Shown here piece after piece: positions 55,382 through 64,000 of a stretch of 64,000 bases of DNA. The stretch comes from an uncultured Verrucomicrobiae bacterium (lineage in GTDB: Bacteria > Verrucomicrobiota > Verrucomicrobiia > Opitutales > JABDGR01). Below the pieces are notes generated by a model that worked only from the letters and a program-made list of their open reading frames with translations, was not told the DNA's origin and did not search any database. Where the stretch lies: contig CAVXVB010000009.1 in the NCBI GenBank assembly GCA_963765205.1, positions 128,001-192,000 of the forward strand. The letters run 5' to 3'. The translations under genes were made by a program, and so were the position numbers. Each line of letters opens with the position of its first letter. The first letter of the stretch is position 1.

Positions 55382-55645
55382 ATGAAAACCGAAGTCGCCA
55401 CCCGCCCGTCCCGCGTCTTCCGCAACGGCAATTCCGTCGCTGTGCGGTTGCCCAACGGCTGGGCGAAACCGGGCGCTTTGATGCAAGCGCGGCGACAGGG
55501 GAAGCATATCTCCTTGGAATTGCAGGAGAAAAGACCCAAAACACTGGCGGAAGTGCTTGCGCTAATCCGTGCGGCGGGGCCGGATCCCGGGCCATTTATC
55601 CGCGAGCAGCCACCTTTTTCTGAACGAGAGTTCATGAAAGACTGA
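55382..55645 (+). CDS. vapB: VapB-like antitoxin (AbrB/MazE fold)
   Basis: VFRNGNSVAVRLP; TGATG coupling; ATACA-N7-TGTAT at start. Confidence 0.88.
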   Translation: MKTEVATRPSRVFRNGNSVAVRLPNGWAKPGALMQARRQGKHISLELQEKRPKTLAEVLALIRAAGPDPGPFIREQPPFSEREFMKD

Positions 55646-56031
55646 TGGCCTACCTTCTGGACACAAACATTTGCTCGGTCATCATCCGTGCCGAAGATGA
55701 CGCGTTTGCAAATCGCTTTTTGCAACATTGGCCCGAGGTGGCGATTTCTGCGATTACCGCCCATGAATTAGAGTTCTGGGCAAAAAACACCGGACCCAAT
55801 CTGTCTCGGCGAGTTCGCTGGCTTCTCAGCAAGCACAAAATTCTTTCTTTTGATGCCGCTGCGGGGGCAAAAGCAGCGGAGGTTAGAACCGCGTTGTTAT
55901 CGAAGCCTTTAGCCACTTACGACGCGCTCATCGCCGGGCACGCGCTGGCGCTGGGCTATGTGCTTGTGACGGCGGACGCGGATTTCAAGCGCGTGCCGGG
56001 CCTGCGCACGGAAAATTGGCTGAAAGCTTAG
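55645..56031 (+). CDS. vapC: VapC PIN toxin
   Basis: YLLDTNI, AHEL, YDALIAGHA, LVT.D.DF.RVPGL..ENW. Confidence 0.93.
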   Translation: MAYLLDTNICSVIIRAEDDAFANRFLQHWPEVAISAITAHELEFWAKNTGPNLSRRVRWLLSKHKILSFDAAAGAKAAEVRTALLSKPLATYDALIAGHALALGYVLVTADADFKRVPGLRTENWLKA

Positions 56032-56167
56032 CTCACGCTCCGGCGTTCATGCATTTTTGCCATGAAACCCGGCGTCTTTCTCACCGCGCAGTGGCGGATG
56101 CTGGCGTTGCTGAGCCGTAAAATTAGGCTTGCCCCCTTGACTTTGCGCAGCAAAGTTAAGGGTCGCC

Positions 56168-56563
56168 ATGACCGACACCACCATCCTGCCTCCGCCCGAC
56201 CCCGGCTCACCCGCCGATCCGTCCTGGCGTGAGAGAATTTCTTCCGCCGTGCGCTTTTGGGAGCGGCGCCGCCTCGCTTACAACCTTGTCCTCAGTGCCC
56301 TCGTCTTCGGTTTGGTCGTGCAGAGCTGGCCCCATTTTCAGCCCGCATTCACCCGCTCATTATGGCTCCCGGCCTTGGCGTATATGCTGTTCCTCGCCGC
56401 CCTGGGCAATATGTGCTACTGCGCCGCGTATCCGGTGGACCTCGCCCTGCAATGGTTCACTACTCCCATATTCTTGCGCCGCGCCCGCGTTGTGCTCTGG
56501 TGGGCGGGGATGCTCCTCGCCTGCGTGCTTGTCTTGTATTGGATGGAGGACGAAGTCTGGTAA
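56168..56563 (+). CDS. Small membrane protein
   Basis: WERRRLAYN, N.CYC..Y..D, three hydrophobic segments. Confidence 0.7.
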   Translation: MTDTTILPPPDPGSPADPSWRERISSAVRFWERRRLAYNLVLSALVFGLVVQSWPHFQPAFTRSLWLPALAYMLFLAALGNMCYCAAYPVDLALQWFTTPIFLRRARVVLWWAGMLLACVLVLYWMEDEVW

Positions 56564-56565
56564 GG

Positions 56566-58539
56566 TTACGACTCCGTGGTCGAGTATTTCTGCTTGAGGG
56601 CTTCGATGACGGAGGGGTCGGCGAGGGTGGTGACATTGCCGAGGGCGCGGCCTTCGGCGATGTCGCGCAGGAGCCGGCGCATGATTTTCCCCGAGCGCGT
56701 TTTTGGCAAATCCGCCGAGAAGATGATTTTTTCGGGAAGCGCGAACTTGCCGATTTTTTTTGCGACGAGGTCGTTGAGTTCGCGGATGAGGTCCGGGCCG
56801 GCGGCGTGCCCTTGCTTGACCGTGACGAAGGAAACGAGGGCCTGGCCTTTTAATTCGTGCGGGACGCCGATGACGGCGCTTTCCGCGACGGAGGGGTGCT
56901 CGACATAGACGCTTTCCAGCTCGGCGGTGCCGATGCGGTGGGCGGAGACGTTGACAACGTCGTCCACGCGGCCGAGGATCCAGTAATAGCCGTCGGCGTC
57001 CTTGCGCGCGCCGTCGCCGGGGAAATAAAACTTACCGCCCCATTTGGAGAAGTAGGTGTCCTTGAAGCGCTGGGCGTCGCCCCAGATGCCGCGCATGATG
57101 CCGGGCCAGGGTTTTTTAATGGCGAGGATGCCGGCGCGCACGTCCTGGCCCTCGTCGTTGAGGACGGCGGGTTCGATGCCAAAGAACGGGACGGTGGCGC
57201 TGCCGGGCTTGGTGGGGATGGCGCCGGGCAGGGGGGTGAGCATAATGCCGCCGGTTTCCGTCTGCCACCAGGTGTCCACGATGGGGCAGCGGCCGCCGCC
57301 GATCACATTATGATACCACATCCAAGCCTCGGGGTTGATGGACTCGCCGACGGAGCCGAGCAGGCGCAGGGAGGACAGGTCGTGCTTCTGCGGCCAAACT
57401 TCGCCCCATTTCATGCAGGCGCGGATGGCGGTGGGCGCGGTGTAGAAGACGGTGACGCCGTATCTTTCGATGATATACCAGAAGCGGTCATTCTCCGGCC
57501 AGTTGGGCACGCCCTCGAACATGACAACGGTCGCGGCATTTTGGAGCGGGCCGTAGAGGATGTAGCTGTGGCCGGTGACCCAGCCGATGTCCGCCGTGCA
57601 CCAAAAGACATCCTCGGGCTTGAGGTCGAAAATGTATTTGGTGGTGAGGTAGGTGTAAACCATGTAGCCGCCAGTGGTGTGCATGATGCCCTTGGGCTTG
57701 CCGGTCGAGCCGCTGGTGTAGAGGATGAAGAGCAGGTCCTCGGCGTCCTGGCGCGCGGGTTCGCAGTGGCGCGACTGGCCGGCGACGGCTTCGTGATACC
57801 ACACGTCGCGTCCGGGTTGCATGGTGACGGGGTGCAGTTGCTTTTGCGGTTCGCGCGCGACGACGAGCACTTTTTGCACGCTCGCGCAGGTGGCGACGCC
57901 TTCGTCCACCGTGTGTTTGAGCGGGAGGATTTTGCCGCGGCGGTAGCCGGCGTCGCCGGTGATGACGACTTTGGCCTGGCAGTCGTTGACGCGGTCCTTG
58001 ATGGACTCGGCGGAGAAGCCGCCGAAGATCACGGTGTGCGGCGCGCCGAGGCGGGCGCAGGCGAGCACGGCGATGGCCAGCTCGGGCACCATCGGCAAAT
58101 ACAGCGCGACGACATCGCCCTTGCCGACGCCGAGGCTTTTGAGCACGTTGGCAAAGAGGCAGACCTCGCGGTGCAAGTCGGCGTAGGTGAGCACGCGCTG
58201 GTCGCCGGGTTCGCCTTCGAAAATAATGGCGGCCTTGTTGCGCGTCGCGCCGTGGAGATGGCGGTCGAGGCAATTGTAAGTGATGTTGGTGACGCCGCCC
58301 TCGAACCATTTATAAAACGGCGCGTTTTTCGCATTCAGCACGGTGTGCCATTTTTGGAACCAGTGGAGTTCGCCGGCGATGTCGGCCCAGAATTTTTCGG
58401 GGTCGGCGATGCTGCGGGCATACATTTCCCGGTATTGCTCGAGGCTCTTGAGGTGCGCCGCGCGGGCGAAGGCGGCGGGCGGCGGGAAGACGCGGCTTTC
58501 CTGGGAGACGGTGTCGAATTGTGAGATGGGAGTGCTCAT
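56566..58539 (-). CDS. acs: Acetyl-CoA synthetase
   Basis: [32 protein letters not shown]. Confidence 0.97.
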   Translation of the reverse strand: MSTPISQFDTVSQESRVFPPPAAFARAAHLKSLEQYREMYARSIADPEKFWADIAGELHWFQKWHTVLNAKNAPFYKWFEGGVTNITYNCLDRHLHGATRNKAAIIFEGEPGDQRVLTYADLHREVCLFANVLKSLGVGKGDVVALYLPMVPELAIAVLACARLGAPHTVIFGGFSAESIKDRVNDCQAKVVITGDAGYRRGKILPLKHTVDEGVATCASVQKVLVVAREPQKQLHPVTMQPGRDVWYHEAVAGQSRHCEPARQDAEDLLFILYTSGSTGKPKGIMHTTGGYMVYTYLTTKYIFDLKPEDVFWCTADIGWVTGHSYILYGPLQNAATVVMFEGVPNWPENDRFWYIIERYGVTVFYTAPTAIRACMKWGEVWPQKHDLSSLRLLGSVGESINPEAWMWYHNVIGGGRCPIVDTWWQTETGGIMLTPLPGAIPTKPGSATVPFFGIEPAVLNDEGQDVRAGILAIKKPWPGIMRGIWGDAQRFKDTYFSKWGGKFYFPGDGARKDADGYYWILGRVDDVVNVSAHRIGTAELESVYVEHPSVAESAVIGVPHELKGQALVSFVTVKQGHAAGPDLIRELNDLVAKKIGKFALPEKIIFSADLPKTRSGKIMRRLLRDIAEGRALGNVTTLADPSVIEALKQKYSTTES

Positions 58540-58655
58540 GGGGAATGGGAGAATGGGGGGAGTGCGAGATTTTTGCAAATCGCGCGCGGCGGCAAGCCAA
58601 AAGGGCCGCACGAAAGAGCATTTCCAAGTCGGCCTGCGCGCGCCATGCTGAGGCG

Positions 58656-59754
58656 ATGGACACCGCCTTGTTCGACTACCCGCTGCCGCCGGAGCGCATC
58701 GCGCAGACGCCGGCTGAGCCGCGCGATTCCGCGCGCCTGCTAGTCGTCGAGCGCGCGACACGGCGGGTGCGGCATCATATTTTCCGCGAGCTGCCGGAGT
58801 TGCTGCCGCCGGGGACGCGGCTGTTCCGCAACCACGCCGCTGTGTTCAAGGCCCGGCTGCGCCTGCGCCGCCCAACCGGAGGGGAACTCGAATGTTTGCT
58901 GCTGCATCCCGATTTGACGCGCGTGGGCGCTAGGGAGGTTTGGTGGTGCCTGCTCAAGCCGGGGAAAAAATATCCGGTGGGGGCAACGTTTGGCTCGGAG
59001 GGCGTGTTCACCGCCACGGGTACTCGAAAAGCAGGCCGATGGCCGGGTGCTCGCGCGCTTTGACACGGCGGGCGTGGGCGGTCTGTTGGCGGTCACCGAA
59101 CGCCTCGGCGAAATGCCGCTACCGCCGTATATCCGGCGTGTCGGCGCGGAAAACGCCGCCGAAAAATTGCGCGACATGGAGAGCTATCAAACAGTTTACG
59201 CCGACCCGGCAAAAAAAATTGCCGCCGCCGCGCCCACCGCCGGGCTGCATTTCACGCCCGCCGTGCTCGCCGCCCTCGCGGCGCGCGGCGTGGCGACCTA
59301 TGATTTGGCTTTGCGCGTGGGACTCGGCACGTTCCGCCCCATCGTCGCCGAGCGCGTGGAGACGCATGTGATTCATCGCGAATGGTATGAAATTCCCGCA
59401 GAAACGCGGGTCGCATTGGCTGCGCCCGGCGGGCCGCGGTTGGCGGTGGGCACGACGACGTTGCGCGCAATCGAGGATTATTTGGCGAAGAGCGGCGGAT
59501 CTGGAGGCCCCGCCCTACCGCAGCCGTGGCTGGCGGAGGCGGACATTTTCATCTATCCGCCGCGTGAATTCGCCGGCGCGGAAATGTTGCTGACGAATTT
59601 CCATTTGCCGCGCTCGACGCTGCTCTGTCTGGTCAGCGCCTTCCTGACGCCGGGCGCGACCGACGGCATCGCGTGGCTCAAGGAAATCTACGCCGAGGCC
59701 GGCGCGCGCGGCTACCGTTTTTACAGCTTCGGCGATGCAATGTTGATCCTTTGA
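58656..59754 (+). CDS. queA: QueA, split by an extra G at 59018-59020
   Basis: [19 protein letters not shown]; then [43 protein letters not shown]. Confidence 0.92.
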
Positions 59755-59807
59755 AAAAAACTAGCATGGCGGCCTGTAACGCATTTTGTCCCCATCTTTT
59801 CCAGCTA

Positions 59808-60805
59808 TAGCATTTTAAATAAAACTATAACCACAATGGGCAAACCAATGAGTGGCGTCCTGTCCGGTGACGCTGCCTAGGGCGGTGGCGATGGCGGCGA
59901 GCAAGTCTGCCTGGGTGCGTGCTTCGAGAGCCCGCAACCGGGCTTTGACTTTGCTCCGCATCAGTTCGATCGGATTGAGGTCGGGTGAGTAGGCGGGCAG
60001 GAATCGCACTTGCGCTCCGGCTGCTTCGATCAGCGCGAGGGTTTGCGGGTTTTTATGCGGGGCAAGGTTGTCCATGGCCACAATGTCCCCGGGCCGCAAG
60101 GTTGGGCAGAGCACCTCGCGCACATAGGCCCGGAAGACTTCCGTATCGGTGGCCGCTTCGACGGTTAGACAGGCCGTCGTGCCGTCCCTGCGAATGGAGG
60201 AGATCATGGTCGTGGTGCACCAGTGCCCCTGGGGGCGTTGGGCCAGCAGACGTTGCGCCCGGGGCGCGCGCCCATATAAACGGGTCATGTTCGTCTTGGC
60301 CGCCGATTCATCAAGGAAGACCAGCCGCGCGGGATCCAGTCCGGCCTGCCCGCGCACCCACCGCCGCCGTGCCCGGACGATGTCGGGCCGCCCTTGCTCG
60401 GCGGCGCGCAGCGTTTTTTAAAGGTCAGGCCCAGCTGGGCCAAAACGTAATGAATGGCCGGCAGCGTGCACTTTAAACCCAAGGCCGCGCGCATCTGTTC
60501 CAGCGTAAGGTCGGGCTTGGACTGCACCAGCCGGCGCAACTTCTCTCCAAACTGGGGCAGCAGCCACGCCTTGCGTCCCGCGAAGTGGTGCCGGGGCGCG
60601 ATATCACCCTTATGCCGGCGCTGCTGCAGCAGCTTTTTGACCATGCCGAGCGACACCCTAAACCGGTGCGCGATTTCCTCCCTTGTTCCCTCCTGCCGAT
60701 CATAGGCCGCCACAATACGTTCCCGCAAGTCCAAGGATAGAGTTTTCATTCCCCCTACAGTAGCACAACTCATGCCAGGCGGCTACATAATTATTTAAAA
60801 TGCTC
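59808..60805 (-). mobile_element. IS630-family element (orfA starts 60749, orfB ends 59815)
   Basis: IRs tagcattttaaataa / ttatttaaaatgctc (14/15), TA duplication; SLDLRERIV; FLDES, MDN, YSPDLNPIE. Confidence 0.95.
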
Positions 60806-60950
60806 TAAGCGCGGGGTGGAGGTCGCTCTCCGGGGAGCATCCAACATCGAACTCTCGATGAAAACAAGAAATCTCGACAGTCAGTCTCTTAATTTCGAGG
60901 GTGCAGCAAGCCTGCGCCCAATTCCACGCCTTTTTAGTCTCAAATCGCAA

Positions 60951-60966
60951 TGTTCCATGTGGAACA
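60951..60966. promoter_or_regulatory. parS-like site
   Basis: TGTTCCATGTGGAACA, one mismatch from palindromic TGTTCCACGTGGAACA. Confidence 0.7.
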
Positions 60967-61098
60967 TTTATCAATCATTTTGAGCAGAGTGCTTGACAGC
61001 GTAATTTCTACTATTGTCAGTGCCGCTTTGGGTATACCTTTTGTTATTGCTTTTTCCATTACCACAACGATATAAACGATTGAAAAATAACCATACAC

Positions 61099-61340
61099 AT
61101 GACTTTGAATCTAATTACTTTGGAAATCGCAGCATTGATGGCTCAAGATCCTGGCGAGGCCCGCAAGGGCGGCTTCCAAAGTCTTCTCATAAAACTCCAG
61201 CGTCAATACGACCCGGCAACGCGCACGATAACGATCAGTAATGCTGATTTAGAAAAAATCCAGCGCTATGCCTTTTAGTATAAATCAGGTGGCTGGCAAG
61301 GATTCCTCAAAACGATTTTCGGCCGCAGTCTAGGTGACAT
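61099..61340 (+). pseudogene. Small low-GC ORF interrupted by in-frame TAG (61276-61278); 3' end uncertain
   Basis: QDP...KGGFQSLL..LQ..DLEKIQRYAF*YKSGGWQ..LKTIFGRSLG. Confidence 0.45.
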
Positions 61341-61573
61341 CCGCAGGCGTCCAATCGCTGCCTGTGCCGCTAGGCAATGGGCTTGTTGCTCATGTTCCAT
61401 ATCCGATGACAGAGGCGGCTTTCGAGATGCTAAAAAAGGCACTCGACCTCTATAAGGGCATGATTGTTTCTTCCTCCACTAAGCCATCGCCAGAAGAACA
61501 ATAAAACCGAGGTCGGTCACAAGTTCGTTTTTGCTTGTAATTAAGGTTTTTAGGGCCAAATAGTTTTGACGCT

Positions 61574-61768
61574 ATGGAAAATTATTTTTACATTCCAAAC
61601 GCTGGCGAGCAACCGCCAGCTAAACTACCGCAACACCCCGACCCATCTGCACACTCGGTTGCGGGCGACAGTAGTTATTTACGCGTAAAAGTTGGCGATA
61701 AAATTACGTGGCAAGGACGTGATTACATTATAAAAGAAATAAAAGAAACCGGTGTTGTCTGGGGATAA
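61574..61768 (+). CDS. Small hypothetical protein, low GC
   Basis: 64-aa ATG ORF; VKVGDKITWQGRDYIIKEI beta-rich pattern. Confidence 0.45.
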   Translation: MENYFYIPNAGEQPPAKLPQHPDPSAHSVAGDSSYLRVKVGDKITWQGRDYIIKEIKETGVVWG

Positions 61769-61956
61769 ATTTTAGAGCGCAAATTGGGTTTTGTAAAAAA
61801 GCCCACCTCAAAACCGGACACTACCCTTTGTTTCCGCGCGCTTGACGCTACCCGCCCGCCTGCTAGGATTGTTAGGCATCCGTGTCATCCGTGGTCCAAT
61901 GAAACTGCGGAAAATAGGTTTTCTTCACCTTGCCTCCGCCCGCGATTTCTCCTCCG

Positions 61957-62940
61957 ATGAAAGAGCCGCCTAAAATATCGCCGGGCGAGATCACGCCGCC
62001 CGCCGTGTATTTCAACCGCCGGAATTTTATGAAGGCGGGGATCGTGGCGGCCAGCGCGGTGGCCACCGGCTACGTCTATCGGCGGCTCAACCATGTCAGC
62101 ACGGCCACGGTGGACACGCCGGCGCTCGAAGGCCTCACGACGACCGCCCCCGCCGCGTCCGACGTGTCCGCGGGTTTTCGCGCCACCGACGCGGAGACGC
62201 CCATCGAGTATATTACCCATTACAACAATTTCTACGAATTCTCGACTGACAAGCAGGCGGTGGCGGACGCCGCGGCGAAATTTACCACGGAGAACTGGCG
62301 GGTGTCCGTCGAGGGGCTGGTGGCCAAGCCGCGCGTCTTTGACCTCGCCGACTTGCTGAAGATCAGCCCGCCGGAAGAGCGCGTGTATCGCATGCGCTGC
62401 GTCGAGGGCTGGTCCATGGTCGTGCCCTGGGCGGGTTATTCGCTGTCCAAATTGCTCGCCGTGGTCGAGCCGCTCAGTTCCGCCAAATATGTCGCCTTCG
62501 AGTCGCTGCTCGACCCCCGGCGGATGCCGGGCCAGTTGGCCGACGTGCTCGAATGGCCCTATCTCGAAGGCTTGCGGATGGATGAGGCGCTGCACCCGCT
62601 GACGCTGCTCACCAGCGGGTTGTATGGCCGCGCGCTGCCGCCGCAGGACGGCGCGCCCATCCGCCTCGTCACGCCGTGGAAATACGGATTCAAGGGCATC
62701 AAATCCATCGTGAAGATCAAGCTGGTCGCCACGCAGCCGCCGACGTCCTGGAGCAAGGCGGCGCCGAATGAATACGGCTTCTACGCCAACGTGAACCCGC
62801 AGGTAGACCACCCGCGCTGGAGCCAGGCGACGGAGCAGCGCATCGGCGAATCAGGCCGCCGCCCGACGCTCATATTTAACGGCTACGCGGAGCAGGTCGC
62901 CTCGATGTATGCGGGGATGGACCTGCGCGCGAATTTCTGA
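61957..62940 (+). CDS. msrP: Periplasmic methionine sulfoxide reductase, Mo catalytic subunit
   Basis: EITP..NRRNFMK Tat motif; [38 protein letters not shown]. Confidence 0.97.
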   Translation: MKEPPKISPGEITPPAVYFNRRNFMKAGIVAASAVATGYVYRRLNHVSTATVDTPALEGLTTTAPAASDVSAGFRATDAETPIEYITHYNNFYEFSTDKQAVADAAAKFTTENWRVSVEGLVAKPRVFDLADLLKISPPEERVYRMRCVEGWSMVVPWAGYSLSKLLAVVEPLSSAKYVAFESLLDPRRMPGQLADVLEWPYLEGLRMDEALHPLTLLTSGLYGRALPPQDGAPIRLVTPWKYGFKGIKSIVKIKLVATQPPTSWSKAAPNEYGFYANVNPQVDHPRWSQATEQRIGESGRRPTLIFNGYAEQVASMYAGMDLRANF

Positions 62941-62955
62941 CCGGGGCGCCCCACG

Positions 62956-64000
62956 ATGAAAGACATTCGCTTCGCCAAGTTTCTCATGCTCGTCAACGGC
63001 GGCGTGCCGCTGGCGCTCCTGGCGTGGGACGCCGCGCACCATCAGCTCGGGGCCAACCCGGTGAATTTCGCGATCCTCACCACCGGCATGTTGACGCTGG
63101 TCTTTTTGATGCTGACGCTGCTGGTGACGCCGATTCGCAAAATCACCGGCTGGAACTCGCTGATTTTCTCGCGGCGCACGTTCGGGCTTTACGCCTTTTT
63201 CTACGGCTGCCTGCATTTCCTCATTTTTTTCGGCCTCAGCCTCGACCATCCGTTCAGCGTCTCGAATGCGTTGTCGGAAATGTTCAAGCGCAAATACCTC
63301 TTCGTGGGCATCACCGCGCTGCTGCTCATGGTGCCGCTGGCGCTGACTTCGAGCAACGCGATGATCAAGCGCCTCGGCGGCCCGCGCTGGCGGGCGCTCC
63401 ACCGGCTCGTTTACGTCGTCGCGATTCTGGGCGTGATTCACTTTTATATGCAAGTGAAGGCCGACGTGCGGCTGCCGCTGGCGTTTGCCGCCGTGCTGGC
63501 GATTCTGCTCGGCTTCCGGCTGGTCGCGCTCCGCCGCCGTCCCCTGCCCGCGCCCGTCGTGGCCCCGCAACCGAAAATCTGGACCGGCTCAATGCGCGTG
63601 GTGCGCATCATTGAGGAAACGCCCGATGTGCGCACGTTCCGCCTCGCTACCACCGATGGCCTTTCGCTCCCGTTTTTTCACCAACCCGGCCAATACTTGG
63701 TGCTCTCGCTGCTGATTGACGGGCAAAAAGTCAACCGCACCTACACCATTTCCTCCTCGCCCACCCAGACCGCCCATTGCGAAATAACGGTCAAGCGCGA
63801 AGAAAACGGCCACGTCTCGCGCCACCTCCATGAGGTGCTTCGCGAAGGCGACGTGGTCAAGGTAACCGCGCCCGCCGGCCGCTTCACCTTCAACGGCACC
63901 CAGGCCAACAGCATTGTGCTGATCGCCGGCGGCGTGGGCATCACGCCGTTGATGGCCATGCTGCGCTACCTGACCGACCAGCGCTGGACGGGCGAAATTC
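62956..64000 (+). CDS. msrQ: MsrQ heme-membrane subunit fused to an FAD/NAD(P)H (FNR-like) domain; partial, not in the ORF track
   Basis: Single open frame: RR.FGLYAFFY..LH, PLALTS, W..LHRLVY, IHF; then PGQY, RTYTISS, VKR...G.VS, IAGGVGITP. Confidence 0.92.
   Translation, partial: MKDIRFAKFLMLVNGGVPLALLAWDAAHHQLGANPVNFAILTTGMLTLVFLMLTLLVTPIRKITGWNSLIFSRRTFGLYAFFYGCLHFLIFFGLSLDHPFSVSNALSEMFKRKYLFVGITALLLMVPLALTSSNAMIKRLGGPRWRALHRLVYVVAILGVIHFYMQVKADVRLPLAFAAVLAILLGFRLVALRRRPLPAPVVAPQPKIWTGSMRVVRIIEETPDVRTFRLATTDGLSLPFFHQPGQYLVLSLLIDGQKVNRTYTISSSPTQTAHCEITVKREENGHVSRHLHEVLREGDVVKVTAPAGRFTFNGTQANSIVLIAGGVGITPLMAMLRYLTDQRWTGEI

Noticed and set aside
56857..58524. 555-aa plus-strand ORF and similar long opposite-strand ORFs
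   Set aside because: Antisense to acs or other well-supported genes; expected in high-GC DNA
61276..61278. Amber recoding (pyrrolysine or alternative code)
   Set aside because: TAG is a normal stop elsewhere in the window (ispA, vapC) and no pyl genes are seen

Overview
GC-rich bacterial chromosome, probably Verrucomicrobiota/Opitutae-like (inferred from gene style, not proven). All family assignments are from motif recognition by eye; no search was run. 1-15.9 kb: general/osmotic-stress cluster (two degenerate YciF/DUF892 proteins, frameshifted CsbD, tandem-SYLF protein, 3xBON protein, NarL-type regulator, a 2184-aa cytoplasmic poly-HAMP hybrid kinase, two more kinases) ending at a truncated IS5. 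16.8-18.6 kb: small toxin-antitoxin array. 18.7-48.2 kb: mostly core genes (ispA, natAB, sugar ABC, lptF/G, rlmI-like, hrpB, pyk, SNF2). 48.4-53.3 kb: tRNA-Asp, integrase remnant, pqiA plus two-MCE operon, orphan regulator and a complete IS5. Then HAD, fabV, vapBC, acs, queA, IS630, a parS-like site, msrP and an MsrQ fused to an FAD/NAD(P)H reductase domain that runs off the end. Best leads: the NOX-like MsrQ-FNR fusion; a possible IS5-mediated inversion splitting one tRNA-Asp island, whose halves share a promoter motif; and TA cassettes separated by decayed copies of one gene's 3' end, including an unannotated small-protein + nucleotidyltransferase pair. Several single indels may be sequencing errors.
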